A program made the position numbers and the translations under genes. From positions 200,539 to 264,538 of the forward strand of contig BOKX01000001.1 of assembly GCA_016861205.1 (NCBI GenBank): DNA of 64,000 nt. The letters are read 5' to 3'. The notes under the pieces were generated by a model, which did not search any database, was not told the DNA's origin, and saw nothing but the letters and a program-made list of their open reading frames with translations. Source of the stretch: Patescibacteria group bacterium (lineage in GTDB: Bacteria; Patescibacteriota; Microgenomatia; UBA1400; PJMF01). Below are positions 47,106 to 56,882 of this stretch, in pieces. Each line of letters opens with the position of its first letter. Within the stretch, counting starts at the first letter, position 1.

Positions 47106-47350
47106 GTGACCTCCTTGCCCCGCCAATGGTGGCGGCTCTGAGTAACTAATGGACTCGAAGTGGCTCACAGTCACAAAAAAACCACGCCAAGTCGTCCTGA
47201 TAAGGACGCTTTACAGCGTGGTGCCACCTTACTTACTGCTCGTTCCTGCGATTACGGGCTTACCCGGGCGGGATTTCCCCCGCCAGCGCGATGTTTCCAT
47301 CTGGACGAGTGCTAGTCGTCTGAGGCGCTGTTAAGTATGAGAGAATTATA
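47106..47350 (-). promoter_or_regulatory. T-box riboswitch leader of serS
   Basis: Minus strand: TATAAT at 47350-47345. T-box AAGGUGGCACCACGC is at ~47230-47214. It overlaps a terminator CCACGC...GCGUGG followed by U7 (+ strand A-run 47175-47181). Confidence 0.7.
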
Positions 47351-47402
47351 CTACTTTTTATTGGTAACTCACAAGGTCAGTAGATTTTGAGAAAGTGTGC
47401 GT

Positions 47403-47777
47403 ATGTCGAATGAACACAGTCACGAAGCCAGAGTCCGTAATGCCGTCGCCGATCTCCTCAGCGGCGACTTGCCTGAAATGTCTGAGATTGGGGCAGAGAT
47501 CATCACAGTTGCCAAGGCTATGTTTACTTTTTTTAAGATTATCGACTCCCTGCCGCCTGAAGCCACTAATCAGGAAAAAAGACTCACTTTAATGCGTGAA
47601 CTCAATAACTTGCTGATGGTCTTGAGAACGACGACGACTTTTTCTGGTGCCACCGGTATTCACCTGGCCAGTGGGCACGTTTTTACTGAGGACGGAACAT
47701 TTGTTGAGGGGCAAAGTTTTAAAGGCCGAGCGGTCAGCATGGCTGAAATTGCGGATTTCCTGCGTGCTGGGCATTAG
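47403..47777 (+). CDS. hypothetical protein
   Basis: 125-codon ORF from ATG 47403 (the track start is GTG 47397). No motifs. Confidence 0.35.
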   Translation: MSNEHSHEARVRNAVADLLSGDLPEMSEIGAEIITVAKAMFTFFKIIDSLPPEATNQEKRLTLMRELNNLLMVLRTTTTFSGATGIHLASGHVFTEDGTFVEGQSFKGRAVSMAEIADFLRAGH

Positions 47778-47989
47778 TTGAGACTAATAACGGGCTTTGG
47801 CTTCGAGGAGTGAGGCCATGGTCAGGTATTCTGACCTCTGGACAGCAAAGAGTCAAGGAGACCAGCTGCCGCCACCAGACTTCCAGCCACTGGGGAGAGC
47901 AAGAGTAATAACAAGCCACCCAAAATCAAAGTGGCATCCAAATCTAATCGATCCAAATGGTGATCAGATTCTTGATGGTGCGGCATACC

Positions 47990-50089
47990 TTACTCTCCTT
48001 TTTGGTTAAATACTGTAATCAAGAAGGCTATGTGGTCTTCAAGTGGTTTACCAATCAGTTCCGCACCTCGAGTAATATCTTCGCGACTTACGTTGGCTGC
48101 AAAAGATTTATCTTTGAGCTTTTTCTTGACGGACTTGATCTCCATGCCGACAAAACCGTCAGGTCGCATCAGCGACACTGCGTGTAAGAAACCAGACAGT
48201 TCGTCACAAGCAAAGAGGTAGCGCTCGAAAAGTGTCTCCGGTTCTCGCCCTGTTCGCTCAGGAGCGTGGGCGGCAATGGCATTTCGCAACTCAATTGGGT
48301 ACTCACTGAGCCACTCACCAATAGCTTTGTTGGGGTGTTCATCTGGAAAAGCTTCCCAGTCTACATCGTGGAGCAAGCCGGCTTGGTACCAGAGCTCGGT
48401 AGCCTCGCCGAGTTCACGAGCATAGGCTTCCATGGCTTGGGCCACCATCTGCATATGGTGTTTGAGTGCTGGATTTTGGACGTGTTGGTCAAGCAAAGAC
48501 TCAGCTTGTGCTCGTGGTGGTAGTGACTGAGCTGGACCAGTCGATACGACTGGAGCTACTGCAGCGGTTTTTTTAGCAGCCACTGGTTCTTTCAAGCCAT
48601 AAATCTCTTTGGTCGTTGAGTCTAGCTTGTGCTTGAGTTGTGGGAACAGTGTCCCCTCGCGAGCAGTCACGTTTTCCAGGAACCAGAACAACCGTTCGCT
48701 GTGCGCATAGCCTGAGGTCGGTGGCATACCAAACTCCAGCATCTCGACAAAGTCGATGTCGAGCATCTGTGCCTCGTCATCACCCTGATCGCGGGCGGCC
48801 TGTTGGTCTTGGAACCGAGCCAGCTGATCGAGTGGATCATTTAGCTCTGAGTAGCCGTTGCCCAGTTCACTGCCAGCAATGATGATGTGGAACCGTTGGG
48901 TCAGCTCAGGATTGTCGAGTTTTGATTTGGCTAACGGTGACATGAACTTGGGTTCATTGACCAAGAAAGCCGGGCCCGAGATAGTTTTGCGGATGGTTTT
49001 CCAGAGATTATCGATCAAGCGTTGGCGGTTAACTAGGCCATCGAGCTTGATGCCGAGTTCCCTGACTTTTGCCATCATAGTTTCATCGCTGTCGGTGAAG
49101 ATATCGATGCCGAGCTTCTCTTTGATGATGTCGGGGTAACTAATCTCGACCCATTCTTGGCTGAGATCAAACGTATGCTCACCTTTGGTGAAAGTAGTGC
49201 GACCATAGACTTTTTGGGCGATGGTGCGGACCATGTCTGAAACCAAGCGCATATTATCTCGATAGTCGGCGTACGCCCAGTACCACTCGATCTGGTAGTA
49301 CTCTGGTAGGTGTTCATCACTCAAGCCTTCGTTGCGGAAGTTGGGGCCGATAGTGAAAACCTTTTCAAATCCACCACCGATCAATCGCTTCTGGTACAGC
49401 TCAGTCGAGATTCGTAAAAAGAAGTCCTGATCAAGCGCGTTCATGTGGGTGACGAATGGTCGAGCATCAGCGCCACCAGTCACGTGCTCCAAAACGGGAG
49501 TTTCAACCTCAATAAAGCCGTGTTCGGCCATGAAGTCACGATTGGCTTTCCAGAAAGCGGCTTTGCGCTCAAACATTTGCCGGCGCTCTGGGTTGATGAG
49601 AAGGTCAACGTAGCGACGACGGAATACAATCTCGGGATCTTTGAGACCTTCCCAAGAGTCAGGGAGTGGTCGCAGCGTTTTGGTGAGCAAGCGAATAGTT
49701 TTCAGCAAAAGTGAGATTTCACCGCGTTGTGTCTTGGTTACCTCACCTGTCGCCTCGACGATGTCGCCAGCATCGAGTAAATTGAGGTGTTCAAAACCGA
49801 GGGTTTGCTTCGAGACGTCTGTCGTTTCTAAGGTGTTATCACGAATATATAGCTGAATTTTACCCGATGTATCAACTAAGTCAGCGAACATAAGATGACC
49901 ATGATCACGCAAAGTCATTAACCGACCCGTCAATGTCACAGTCTGATTCTCAAGATTTGAAAACTCCTTGACTACAGTTTGGCACAGGTGGGTTCGATGA
50001 CTCTCCGCTGGAAAAGGGTCAATGCCCATCTCACGCAGTTTGTTTAGCTTTTCCAAGCGTTGCTGTCGCATTTCGGTCAAACGTGACAT
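47990..50089 (-). CDS. lysS: lysyl-tRNA synthetase (class II) fused to C-terminal HD-domain (YqeK-like phosphohydrolase)
   Basis: N-terminal OB fold plus class II catalytic core (~485 aa, ending ...REGTLFPQLK). Then an Ala/Pro linker and an HD domain (KHHMQMV...AGLLHDVDWEAF...). 699 aa total. Confidence 0.85.
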   Translation of the reverse strand: MSRLTEMRQQRLEKLNKLREMGIDPFPAESHRTHLCQTVVKEFSNLENQTVTLTGRLMTLRDHGHLMFADLVDTSGKIQLYIRDNTLETTDVSKQTLGFEHLNLLDAGDIVEATGEVTKTQRGEISLLLKTIRLLTKTLRPLPDSWEGLKDPEIVFRRRYVDLLINPERRQMFERKAAFWKANRDFMAEHGFIEVETPVLEHVTGGADARPFVTHMNALDQDFFLRISTELYQKRLIGGGFEKVFTIGPNFRNEGLSDEHLPEYYQIEWYWAYADYRDNMRLVSDMVRTIAQKVYGRTTFTKGEHTFDLSQEWVEISYPDIIKEKLGIDIFTDSDETMMAKVRELGIKLDGLVNRQRLIDNLWKTIRKTISGPAFLVNEPKFMSPLAKSKLDNPELTQRFHIIIAGSELGNGYSELNDPLDQLARFQDQQAARDQGDDEAQMLDIDFVEMLEFGMPPTSGYAHSERLFWFLENVTAREGTLFPQLKHKLDSTTKEIYGLKEPVAAKKTAAVAPVVSTGPAQSLPPRAQAESLLDQHVQNPALKHHMQMVAQAMEAYARELGEATELWYQAGLLHDVDWEAFPDEHPNKAIGEWLSEYPIELRNAIAAHAPERTGREPETLFERYLFACDELSGFLHAVSLMRPDGFVGMEIKSVKKKLKDKSFAANVSREDITRGAELIGKPLEDHIAFLITVFNQKGE

Positions 50090-50105
50090 AGCCGTAGGTT
50101 ACTCC

Positions 50106-51110
50106 TCAAGTATTAAATCCATGTAAAAACGCCACCACATTGGTGCCGAGTTTGTCAGTATTATACCCGCCTTCTTGCACAATCACACTTGGCAACTCAA
50201 GGCTGGCGATCTGGTGGGCCATGTGAGTAAAGTACTCAGTCGACAGTTGGAAGCCGCCGATGGGATCAGAGACATGGGTGTCCGCCCCAAAGCTCACCAC
50301 TAAGTAGTCAGGTCGGAACTCGGCAATTCGATCCAAAGCGCTAGTCAGAACTTGATCGTATTGTTGATCAGTTGTGCCTTCCCCTAGGCAGAAATTGAGG
50401 TTAAAACCAGTGCCGCGTCCAGCCCCTACTTCCGTTTCGGCTCCGGAAAAATAAGGGAACTTCCAGTTTGGATCAGCATGGATCGAGACTGTGAGCACGT
50501 CTGGTCGGGTATAAAAAATATGTTGCGTTCCATTCCCGTGGTGAAAGTCGACATCAAGGGTAGCTACTCGTCCAAACTGGCTCAAATGTTGGGCAGCAAC
50601 GGCACAGTTATTCAGGTAGCAGTACCCACCGGCTTTGCCAGGTTCAGCGTGATGGCCCGGTGGTCTGCCCAGACTATAAACTACTTGCTGCTGACCTTGT
50701 CTAACTAACTCTGCGGCTTCCCAGGCACATCTGGCTGAGTCAATTGCTGCCGAATACGTGTTCCGGTCAATGGGGGTGAACATATCAAAACAAAACTGGC
50801 CAGCTAAGGCAAAGCGATTGGTTGTTAACTGATTAGCTTGAAATGGCCAAACTGATGGGTAGACTACTTCCCCATCTGGCAGACTTTGGCTATCGGCTAA
50901 GTATCGCAAGTAGTCCGCCTCGTGGATCTGGCCTAGCCACTGGGCAGGTGGCTGAGCGGTCACCGGATTTACCGTCCAGTCAGTGGTGGCAAGAGCGGTC
51001 AAAATTCGATCCAGTCGAGCGGGGACTTCTTGGTGATCTGTGGCTTGGCCACTGGCGAACTCCAATCGGGGCTGATGTTGCTGGTGATGATTAGCAAAAA
51101 TGACATGCAT
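50106..51110 (-). CDS. histone deacetylase-family protein (AcuC/acetylpolyamine amidohydrolase-like)
   Basis: PPGHHA, DVDFHHGNGTQ and GGYN motifs of the arginase/deacetylase fold. Confidence 0.8.
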   Translation of the reverse strand: MHVIFANHHQQHQPRLEFASGQATDHQEVPARLDRILTALATTDWTVNPVTAQPPAQWLGQIHEADYLRYLADSQSLPDGEVVYPSVWPFQANQLTTNRFALAGQFCFDMFTPIDRNTYSAAIDSARCAWEAAELVRQGQQQVVYSLGRPPGHHAEPGKAGGYCYLNNCAVAAQHLSQFGRVATLDVDFHHGNGTQHIFYTRPDVLTVSIHADPNWKFPYFSGAETEVGAGRGTGFNLNFCLGEGTTDQQYDQVLTSALDRIAEFRPDYLVVSFGADTHVSDPIGGFQLSTEYFTHMAHQIASLELPSVIVQEGGYNTDKLGTNVVAFLHGFNT

Positions 51111-51133
51111 AACTACTTTTCCTCAGGCTAAGT

Positions 51134-52321
51134 TTATGATTGATACCGGCTCAAGATGTACTCCATTGCGGCTTGATGATAATGGTTGGTTACCGAGTCC
51201 ATGGGTAAGATACCCATGATAAAACTACGCAACCAGGCTGTCCGATCGTCAAAGATATGCGCGAAGTAAGGCTGCAAAGCTGGCGGCAGATCAGCTAACT
51301 GTAAGTCGTTAGGAGCTTGCCCATCTTCGACAGCCACGTTGTCAAACAAAACTTGAATTGGTTCGCTGATTGGTTGGGTGGTTTCGGACAAAATAGGAAT
51401 GATCATGCCTGCATGTCTAGCGGCGATGTCAGAACGGGAGCGAACGTTGAGCTCAGCGTTAATGAGTGGCAACTGGCCAGTTTGATGGTACGTATCACGC
51501 AGGATTTGGGCTTGGAGTCCGATTAAAGCTGAGGTACACAGTCCGTGACCTTGGTACGACTGAGGCGCTGCTTCACTTGGCAGTTCAGGTTGCATTCTGG
51601 TGGTCGTGCTGTACTCGGTTGTTTCAACAATGGTAACTTGGTCATTAAGTTGCAGAGCTTCGCCCATGCAAGCAGCAACCAGCTGGTCATTGCGGGTATC
51701 CACGACACCAGAGAACCAGATCTGACTTTGTTCAAAGTTGGCGATGAAGCGAGCTACCCCTTCTGGACTCCACTCAAATACGTGCCACAGCTCGGCTAAG
51801 GCTGACACATCTTGTGATCGAGGTCGGTCAATTAGTTGAAAATGAGCTGGTAATCGTGAAAGTCTTTCGAGTGGGGTTCGACTCGATCCATTTGGTGACT
51901 GCCAATAGGCAGCCAGCTCAGGCCATTCTGGCAGCCGAGTCGGATGGACGTTGCGACCGAACATCACTAAGTAATCACTAGACTCTGGATGTATCAAGTT
52001 GAGTGGAATGACAACTTCAAGTGATAAGTGATGACTGCTGAGCAGCTCGGCTAATGTCTGATTGGTTTCTTGTGTCATGGTTTGGACGACTGCTTCTGAG
52101 CAGACACAACGAAGCACTGATCGGCGTCGACCACGCTGGTCAGCTTCGGCTTGAAAGTTAGTCAAGATTTGGATGAGCTGATCTGGCTCAGTAAAACGCT
52201 CTGCCAAGTTGGCATAGGCTCGATGGTAGCTGCGGTCCCAATCAAAGCCGAGTGAACCAGTGCTGGTGACCTCTGGTACTACTTGAACGTTTGTAATAGG
52301 TTGTTCGGGCAGGTTTGTCAT
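51134..52321 (-). CDS. hypothetical protein with possible GNAT-like acetyltransferase region
   Basis: 395 aa. A central segment ending YQGHGLCTSALIGL resembles GNAT motif A (Q/R-x-x-G-x-G/A). Otherwise unrecognised. Confidence 0.45.
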   Translation of the reverse strand: MTNLPEQPITNVQVVPEVTSTGSLGFDWDRSYHRAYANLAERFTEPDQLIQILTNFQAEADQRGRRRSVLRCVCSEAVVQTMTQETNQTLAELLSSHHLSLEVVIPLNLIHPESSDYLVMFGRNVHPTRLPEWPELAAYWQSPNGSSRTPLERLSRLPAHFQLIDRPRSQDVSALAELWHVFEWSPEGVARFIANFEQSQIWFSGVVDTRNDQLVAACMGEALQLNDQVTIVETTEYSTTTRMQPELPSEAAPQSYQGHGLCTSALIGLQAQILRDTYHQTGQLPLINAELNVRSRSDIAARHAGMIIPILSETTQPISEPIQVLFDNVAVEDGQAPNDLQLADLPPALQPYFAHIFDDRTAWLRSFIMGILPMDSVTNHYHQAAMEYILSRYQS

Positions 52322-52449
52322 GGTTTCTTTCTAGTACTCAATAAAATTACTGCACAAGGCGGTACTTTACTTGAGTAGAGTCGATTTGTTAAATTTTTAC
52401 TTTTTTTATACATATTTAAACAATTTGTTATACATGTTACAATATTGTG

Positions 52450-53094
52450 ATGCTGAAAATTATTGACGCAGTTCGATCTGTGGTGTCTGAAGATGAAGTG
52501 GCTTCTGAAGCGTTGCGCCAGGGTCTCCTGAATCTCAGCGCCTATGCGAGCCAGATTTTACCTCAGGTCGAGAACCTAACGTGGAAATCTGTCAAGAAAC
52601 CTACTATCGTAGTCGCTTTGTCGCGGCTCGCGGCTGAATTTCATAGTGCACCAAGTTTGTTGTGTCCGCTCAAGTTGGATGACTTACATGTGAAGTCACC
52701 TTTGACTGTGTACAGTTTTGAAAAGACGATGGCTAACATTACTCATTTGCGCCAGCTCTACAAACAGCTCAATAACACGCCAAACCAGTTTGTGGCAGCC
52801 ACCCAAGGTTCTCGAGAAATCACCTTGATTGTGCCGGCCGAGTTTGAAGGCCAAGTCGCGGCCTTTTTCTCGGATAAACCCAAAGCTGTGTTTTCAAACT
52901 CGGTCGGAATTTCAGTGAGTTTTTCTGACCAGTATTTATCGGTCCCAAATGTGATTTACACCATCTTGGGAACTTTAGCCGTGCATCGAGTTAATGTGAT
53001 AGAAGTAGTTTCAACATACACCGAGCTGAGCGTGATTATCGCGCAATCTGACTTAGAGCTGGCGACCCGTGCCTTACGGAAATTTTTGCGGTAG
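52450..53094 (+). CDS. hypothetical protein with ACT-like C-terminal region
   Basis: ATG at 52450; the track start is GTG 52447. C-terminal VIYTILGTLAVHRVNVIEVVSTYTELSVIIA resembles ACT regulatory folds. Confidence 0.4.
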   Translation: MLKIIDAVRSVVSEDEVASEALRQGLLNLSAYASQILPQVENLTWKSVKKPTIVVALSRLAAEFHSAPSLLCPLKLDDLHVKSPLTVYSFEKTMANITHLRQLYKQLNNTPNQFVAATQGSREITLIVPAEFEGQVAAFFSDKPKAVFSNSVGISVSFSDQYLSVPNVIYTILGTLAVHRVNVIEVVSTYTELSVIIAQSDLELATRALRKFLR

Positions 53095-53109
53095 TGTATA
53101 CTCTACCCT

Positions 53110-53574
53110 GTGCCTGTAGTTCATATCATTTACGCATCGACCTCTGGCAACGTGGAGATCGTCGTTGAAACAGTTGCCAAATACTTACGTGAAGCTCAGC
53201 TGGAAGTTGAGCTCCATCGGGCTGAGCAGACAGGTTTAGAAGTCATTACCAACAATGACACCTTTATCCTCGCTACTTCAACTTGGGAACATGGCCAGCT
53301 CAATCCTTTCTTTGAAAAGCTATACAAAGAGTTGAAGACCCAAAATCTCCAGGGAAAACGGGCTACATTTGTGGGCTGTGGTGACACTCGTTACGAACCA
53401 ATTCTGTTTAACCAAGGTATTAAAATCATTCATAAAGCTTGGTTGGCACAACAAGGTGAGGAGTTTCACAGACAGCTGCTCATCAATGGTGAGCCGTATC
53501 ATGTGCTCGATACCCGGGTAGCTGAGTGGGCACAAAACCTAGCAGAGTTATTGAAAGCAGAATCACATGCCTAA
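53110..53574 (+). CDS. flavodoxin (short-chain)
   Basis: GTG start. IIYASTSGNVE matches the flavodoxin FMN-phosphate loop signature. 154 aa. Its 3' end overlaps the korA start. Confidence 0.7.
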   Translation: MPVVHIIYASTSGNVEIVVETVAKYLREAQLEVELHRAEQTGLEVITNNDTFILATSTWEHGQLNPFFEKLYKELKTQNLQGKRATFVGCGDTRYEPILFNQGIKIIHKAWLAQQGEEFHRQLLINGEPYHVLDTRVAEWAQNLAELLKAESHA

Positions 53575-55324
53575 CACTCCTCTTCATCGCTATGTGGTCA
53601 AAGTGGCTGGTGAGTCAGGCCAAGGTGTTAACTCTGTTGGTGAAATTTTAGCCAAGTCTCTGAAGGAAACCGGCTATCAGGTGTTTGGGTATCGTGAGTA
53701 TCCATCGCTTATTAAAGGTGGTTACTCGTGTTACCAAATTGATGTTAGTGACCAACCAATGCAGTCATCTTCTGCCGAGTGTGACTTGCTGATGTGTCTG
53801 AGTCGTGTATCAGTGCACGCCTACCTCAAAACCCTGCGGCCTGGAGGTCAGTTGGTACATACGTTGAAGGCTTTGCAGTTTAGCCCAGAGGAAGAACAGT
53901 GGATTAATGAGCGACAGCTCAAAATTGAGTTTGTCGATGCAGTCCAAATAGCTGAAGATCAGGGTGGTAAGTGGATCATGGCCAACACGGTGGTGATCGG
54001 CATCTTGCTTAAGATGTTGGGTTTGTCAGAGAGCTTGGTGGTCAGAATTCTAGAGGCCGAGTTTGCTCACAAGCCAGATATGTTGGCGGTGAACAAGCAG
54101 TGTTTAACTGCTGGTTTGAATTATCAACCGAATACCTTGGTGCCTCCGCAACTTGCTTTTACCAAACTACCCGAGATCGACAATTACTACCTAATGACTG
54201 GTAATCACGCGATTGCTTTGGGTGCAATTTCGGCTGGTGTCCGAGCCTACTATGCGTATCCCATGACACCATCCAGTTCGATTTTGACCTATTTGGCTGA
54301 GTGGCAACACGAGACTGGCATGTTGGTTAAACAGGTTGAAGATGAAATTTCGGTAGCGCAAATGACCATCGGTAGTATGTTCATGGGTACCCGAGCCTTG
54401 TGTGGTACCGCTGGTGGTGGTTTTGATCTCATGACCGAGTCATTGTCGATGGCTGGGATGACCGAAACTCCTTGGGTGTGTGTAATTGGGCAACGCCCCG
54501 GTCCAGCGACTGGTTTGCCAACCTGGACTAGTACTGGTGACTTGAACCTGGCTGTTTTTGGTGGTCATGGTGAGTATGCGCGTTGTGTGGTTGCTGCCAG
54601 CGATCTAGAGTCGGCTTACCGACTTGTCGGTGAGGCGTTTAATATTGCTGAGAAATACCAGACAGCAGTCCTGATTCTGACTGAGAAACAGATTGCGGAG
54701 TCACTGTTCTTGACGAAAGGTTTCCCACAACCAGCCCCTATTGAGCGTTATTTAGTGCCAGATTCAGAGTTAAGTCAGCTTCAAGCGAATCAACGCTATG
54801 AGATTACTGAATCAGGTATTTCCAAACGTTGGGTGCCGGGTCAGTCGCCGGTGGTGTTTGATGCCAATGGTGATGAGCACCTTCCCGATGGTTCACTGAC
54901 CGAAGAAAGTGCTACCTCTGCAGCTATGTACGACAAGCGGATGCGTAAGCAAGCAACCATGTTAGCAGAGTTGCCTGAGCCGCAGTACTTTGGACCAGAG
55001 CAACCAGAATGGGTGATTGTAACTTGGGGTAGTGTCAAGAATGCAGCGATCGATGCGCTGGAATTGCTTAAGACGAGCAAGCCTGAACTAAAAGTGGGAG
55101 TGCTTCACTATGAGTATGTGTACCCAGTTAGAACTGAACAGCTGCTCAAGCTACAGAGCCAAGTTGGCGACAACCTCATTTTGATGGAAAATAACTACAC
55201 AGGGCAACTGGGTGGGTTGATTTCACAAGCCACTGGTTTGCAGTTCAAGCATCGTCTACTGAAGTATGATGGCCGACCGTTCTTTGTGGAGGATGTGTTG
55301 AACTACCTCGAGGAGACCTGCTAA
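53567..55324 (+). CDS. korA: 2-oxoacid:ferredoxin oxidoreductase subunit alpha (KorA-type fused gamma/alpha)
   Basis: 585 aa with the KorA/PorA domain pattern (GESGQGV...; GNHAIALGAISAG...). Confidence 0.8.
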   Translation: MPNTPLHRYVVKVAGESGQGVNSVGEILAKSLKETGYQVFGYREYPSLIKGGYSCYQIDVSDQPMQSSSAECDLLMCLSRVSVHAYLKTLRPGGQLVHTLKALQFSPEEEQWINERQLKIEFVDAVQIAEDQGGKWIMANTVVIGILLKMLGLSESLVVRILEAEFAHKPDMLAVNKQCLTAGLNYQPNTLVPPQLAFTKLPEIDNYYLMTGNHAIALGAISAGVRAYYAYPMTPSSSILTYLAEWQHETGMLVKQVEDEISVAQMTIGSMFMGTRALCGTAGGGFDLMTESLSMAGMTETPWVCVIGQRPGPATGLPTWTSTGDLNLAVFGGHGEYARCVVAASDLESAYRLVGEAFNIAEKYQTAVLILTEKQIAESLFLTKGFPQPAPIERYLVPDSELSQLQANQRYEITESGISKRWVPGQSPVVFDANGDEHLPDGSLTEESATSAAMYDKRMRKQATMLAELPEPQYFGPEQPEWVIVTWGSVKNAAIDALELLKTSKPELKVGVLHYEYVYPVRTEQLLKLQSQVGDNLILMENNYTGQLGGLISQATGLQFKHRLLKYDGRPFFVEDVLNYLEETC

Positions 55325-56208
55325 TGTCAGAAAATTGTTCTTGTTCCTTCCATGATTACTACTCAGATAACATTTACACTTGGTGTACCAACTGTGGTAA
55401 CTATGGCATTCACGCGGCTGTGAAACGGGCGTTAGTTGCCGAGTGTTGTGAGCCGAAAGATACCTTGTTGTGTTTTGATATCGGTTGTAATGGGAATGGC
55501 TCAGATAAAATTGGTGGCTATCGCTATCACGGCTTGCATGGTCGAGTGATTCCGGTGGCCGTGGGAGCGGCTATTGCTAACCGTCGGGTCAAAGTTTTGG
55601 CCTTTGGTGGTGATGGTGGCACCTTAGGTGAAGGCATCAATCACCTCATTCATGCTGTGCGTGGCAACTACAACATGACCTTTATTTTGCACAACAACTT
55701 GAACTACGGTTTGACCCAGGGTCAGGCATCGCCGACCACTAAATTGGAGATGAAGATGAACTCATCACCTGATGGTGTGTCTTCTACTCCTCTCCATCCA
55801 GCTCGGATGATTTTGAGTTTGAACCCAACTTTTGTGGCCAGAACATTTTCTGGTGATATTAACCACATGACTGAAGTGATTCGCCGTGGGGTGCGTCACC
55901 AAGGATTTTCATTCATCGAAATCTACCAAAACTGTCCCACGTACAACAAAGCCACACCCCATCAATGGTATCAAGATCGGATCTATGATGTGTCGACGCT
56001 ACCAGATTACAATGCGCGCGACTTGAATCGTGCGCGTGAAGTAGCTGAAGATTTGGAAAACAAAATTGCCGTTGGTGTTCTGTATGAAAATCCTGATGAA
56101 CCAGAGTTTTTGAAGCGCGTTGCTAACCGCCAGAATGCAACTACAGAACTGGTTGACGAAGTGAAGCCAGGCTCAATTGAGAGTATTCTCAACAGATTTA
56201 ACCAGTAA
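55324..56208 (+). CDS. korB: 2-oxoacid:ferredoxin oxidoreductase subunit beta (TPP-binding)
   Basis: TPP motif region LAFGGDGGTLGEG...N. Start overlaps the korA stop (TAATG). Confidence 0.85.
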   Translation: MSENCSCSFHDYYSDNIYTWCTNCGNYGIHAAVKRALVAECCEPKDTLLCFDIGCNGNGSDKIGGYRYHGLHGRVIPVAVGAAIANRRVKVLAFGGDGGTLGEGINHLIHAVRGNYNMTFILHNNLNYGLTQGQASPTTKLEMKMNSSPDGVSSTPLHPARMILSLNPTFVARTFSGDINHMTEVIRRGVRHQGFSFIEIYQNCPTYNKATPHQWYQDRIYDVSTLPDYNARDLNRAREVAEDLENKIAVGVLYENPDEPEFLKRVANRQNATTELVDEVKPGSIESILNRFNQ

Positions 56209-56317
56209 CAACACTGCCTCAACAACTGAAGTAGTGGGCCTTTTGGTGTTGGGCTGTTAAAACAACCAGCGTCGTCGCCACACTCATACCTGCTCATCCA
56301 AGTTGCTAGGGAAAAAG

Positions 56318-56800
56318 TTAGCCAACGTCTTCGATTAAGTAGATCACGTTGCCAGCTGGAGCTTTAACAGTGACTTCGTCACCTTTTTTATGGCCAACTA
56401 AGGCTTTACCTAAAGGTGAAACAGCCGAAATTTTGCCTTCTGCTGGGTCAGCCTCGAACTCACCCACGATGTTAATAACGCGGCGAGTACTCTTTTTGCC
56501 TTTGACTGTGATGGTGACCTTTGAGCCAATACCAACCACGGTGTGGCTTTTGGTGTGTTTAACCACTTCAGCTCTCTTGAGAATTTCTTCAATTTCAGCA
56601 ATGCGAGCTTCAATAAGCGCCTGATCATCTCGAGCACTGTGGTACTCAGCGTTTTCAGATAAGTCACCATGTTCACGGGCTTTAGCCACCCGGGCGACTG
56701 CTTCAGGCAGTTTGACGTCCAACAGTAAAGACAACTCGGCTTTGAGTTCGTCGAGGCCCTCTTGAGTCAGCTGGACTGGTTTCGGGTTAGCGTCAGTCAT
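56318..56800 (-). CDS. greA: transcription elongation factor GreA
   Basis: N-terminal coiled coil and C-terminal FKBP-like domain pattern. 160 aa. Confidence 0.9.
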   Translation of the reverse strand: MTDANPKPVQLTQEGLDELKAELSLLLDVKLPEAVARVAKAREHGDLSENAEYHSARDDQALIEARIAEIEEILKRAEVVKHTKSHTVVGIGSKVTITVKGKKSTRRVINIVGEFEADPAEGKISAVSPLGKALVGHKKGDEVTVKAPAGNVIYLIEDVG

Positions 56801-56882
56801 ATTCGACTAGTATAGAGAGTTTTTTATTATGAGCAAGCGGAGTTTTCTCGAGGAAAACGACTTATAACGTTAGTGCTCGGGA

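Noticed and set aside
56841-56858. AT-rich palindrome GTTTTCTCGAGGAAAAC between atpC and greA as a terminator
   Set aside because: Weak A/T stem with no flanking U-run on the transcribed (minus) strand. A candidate greA promoter (TTGCTC-N16-TATACT) overlaps instead, with low confidence.
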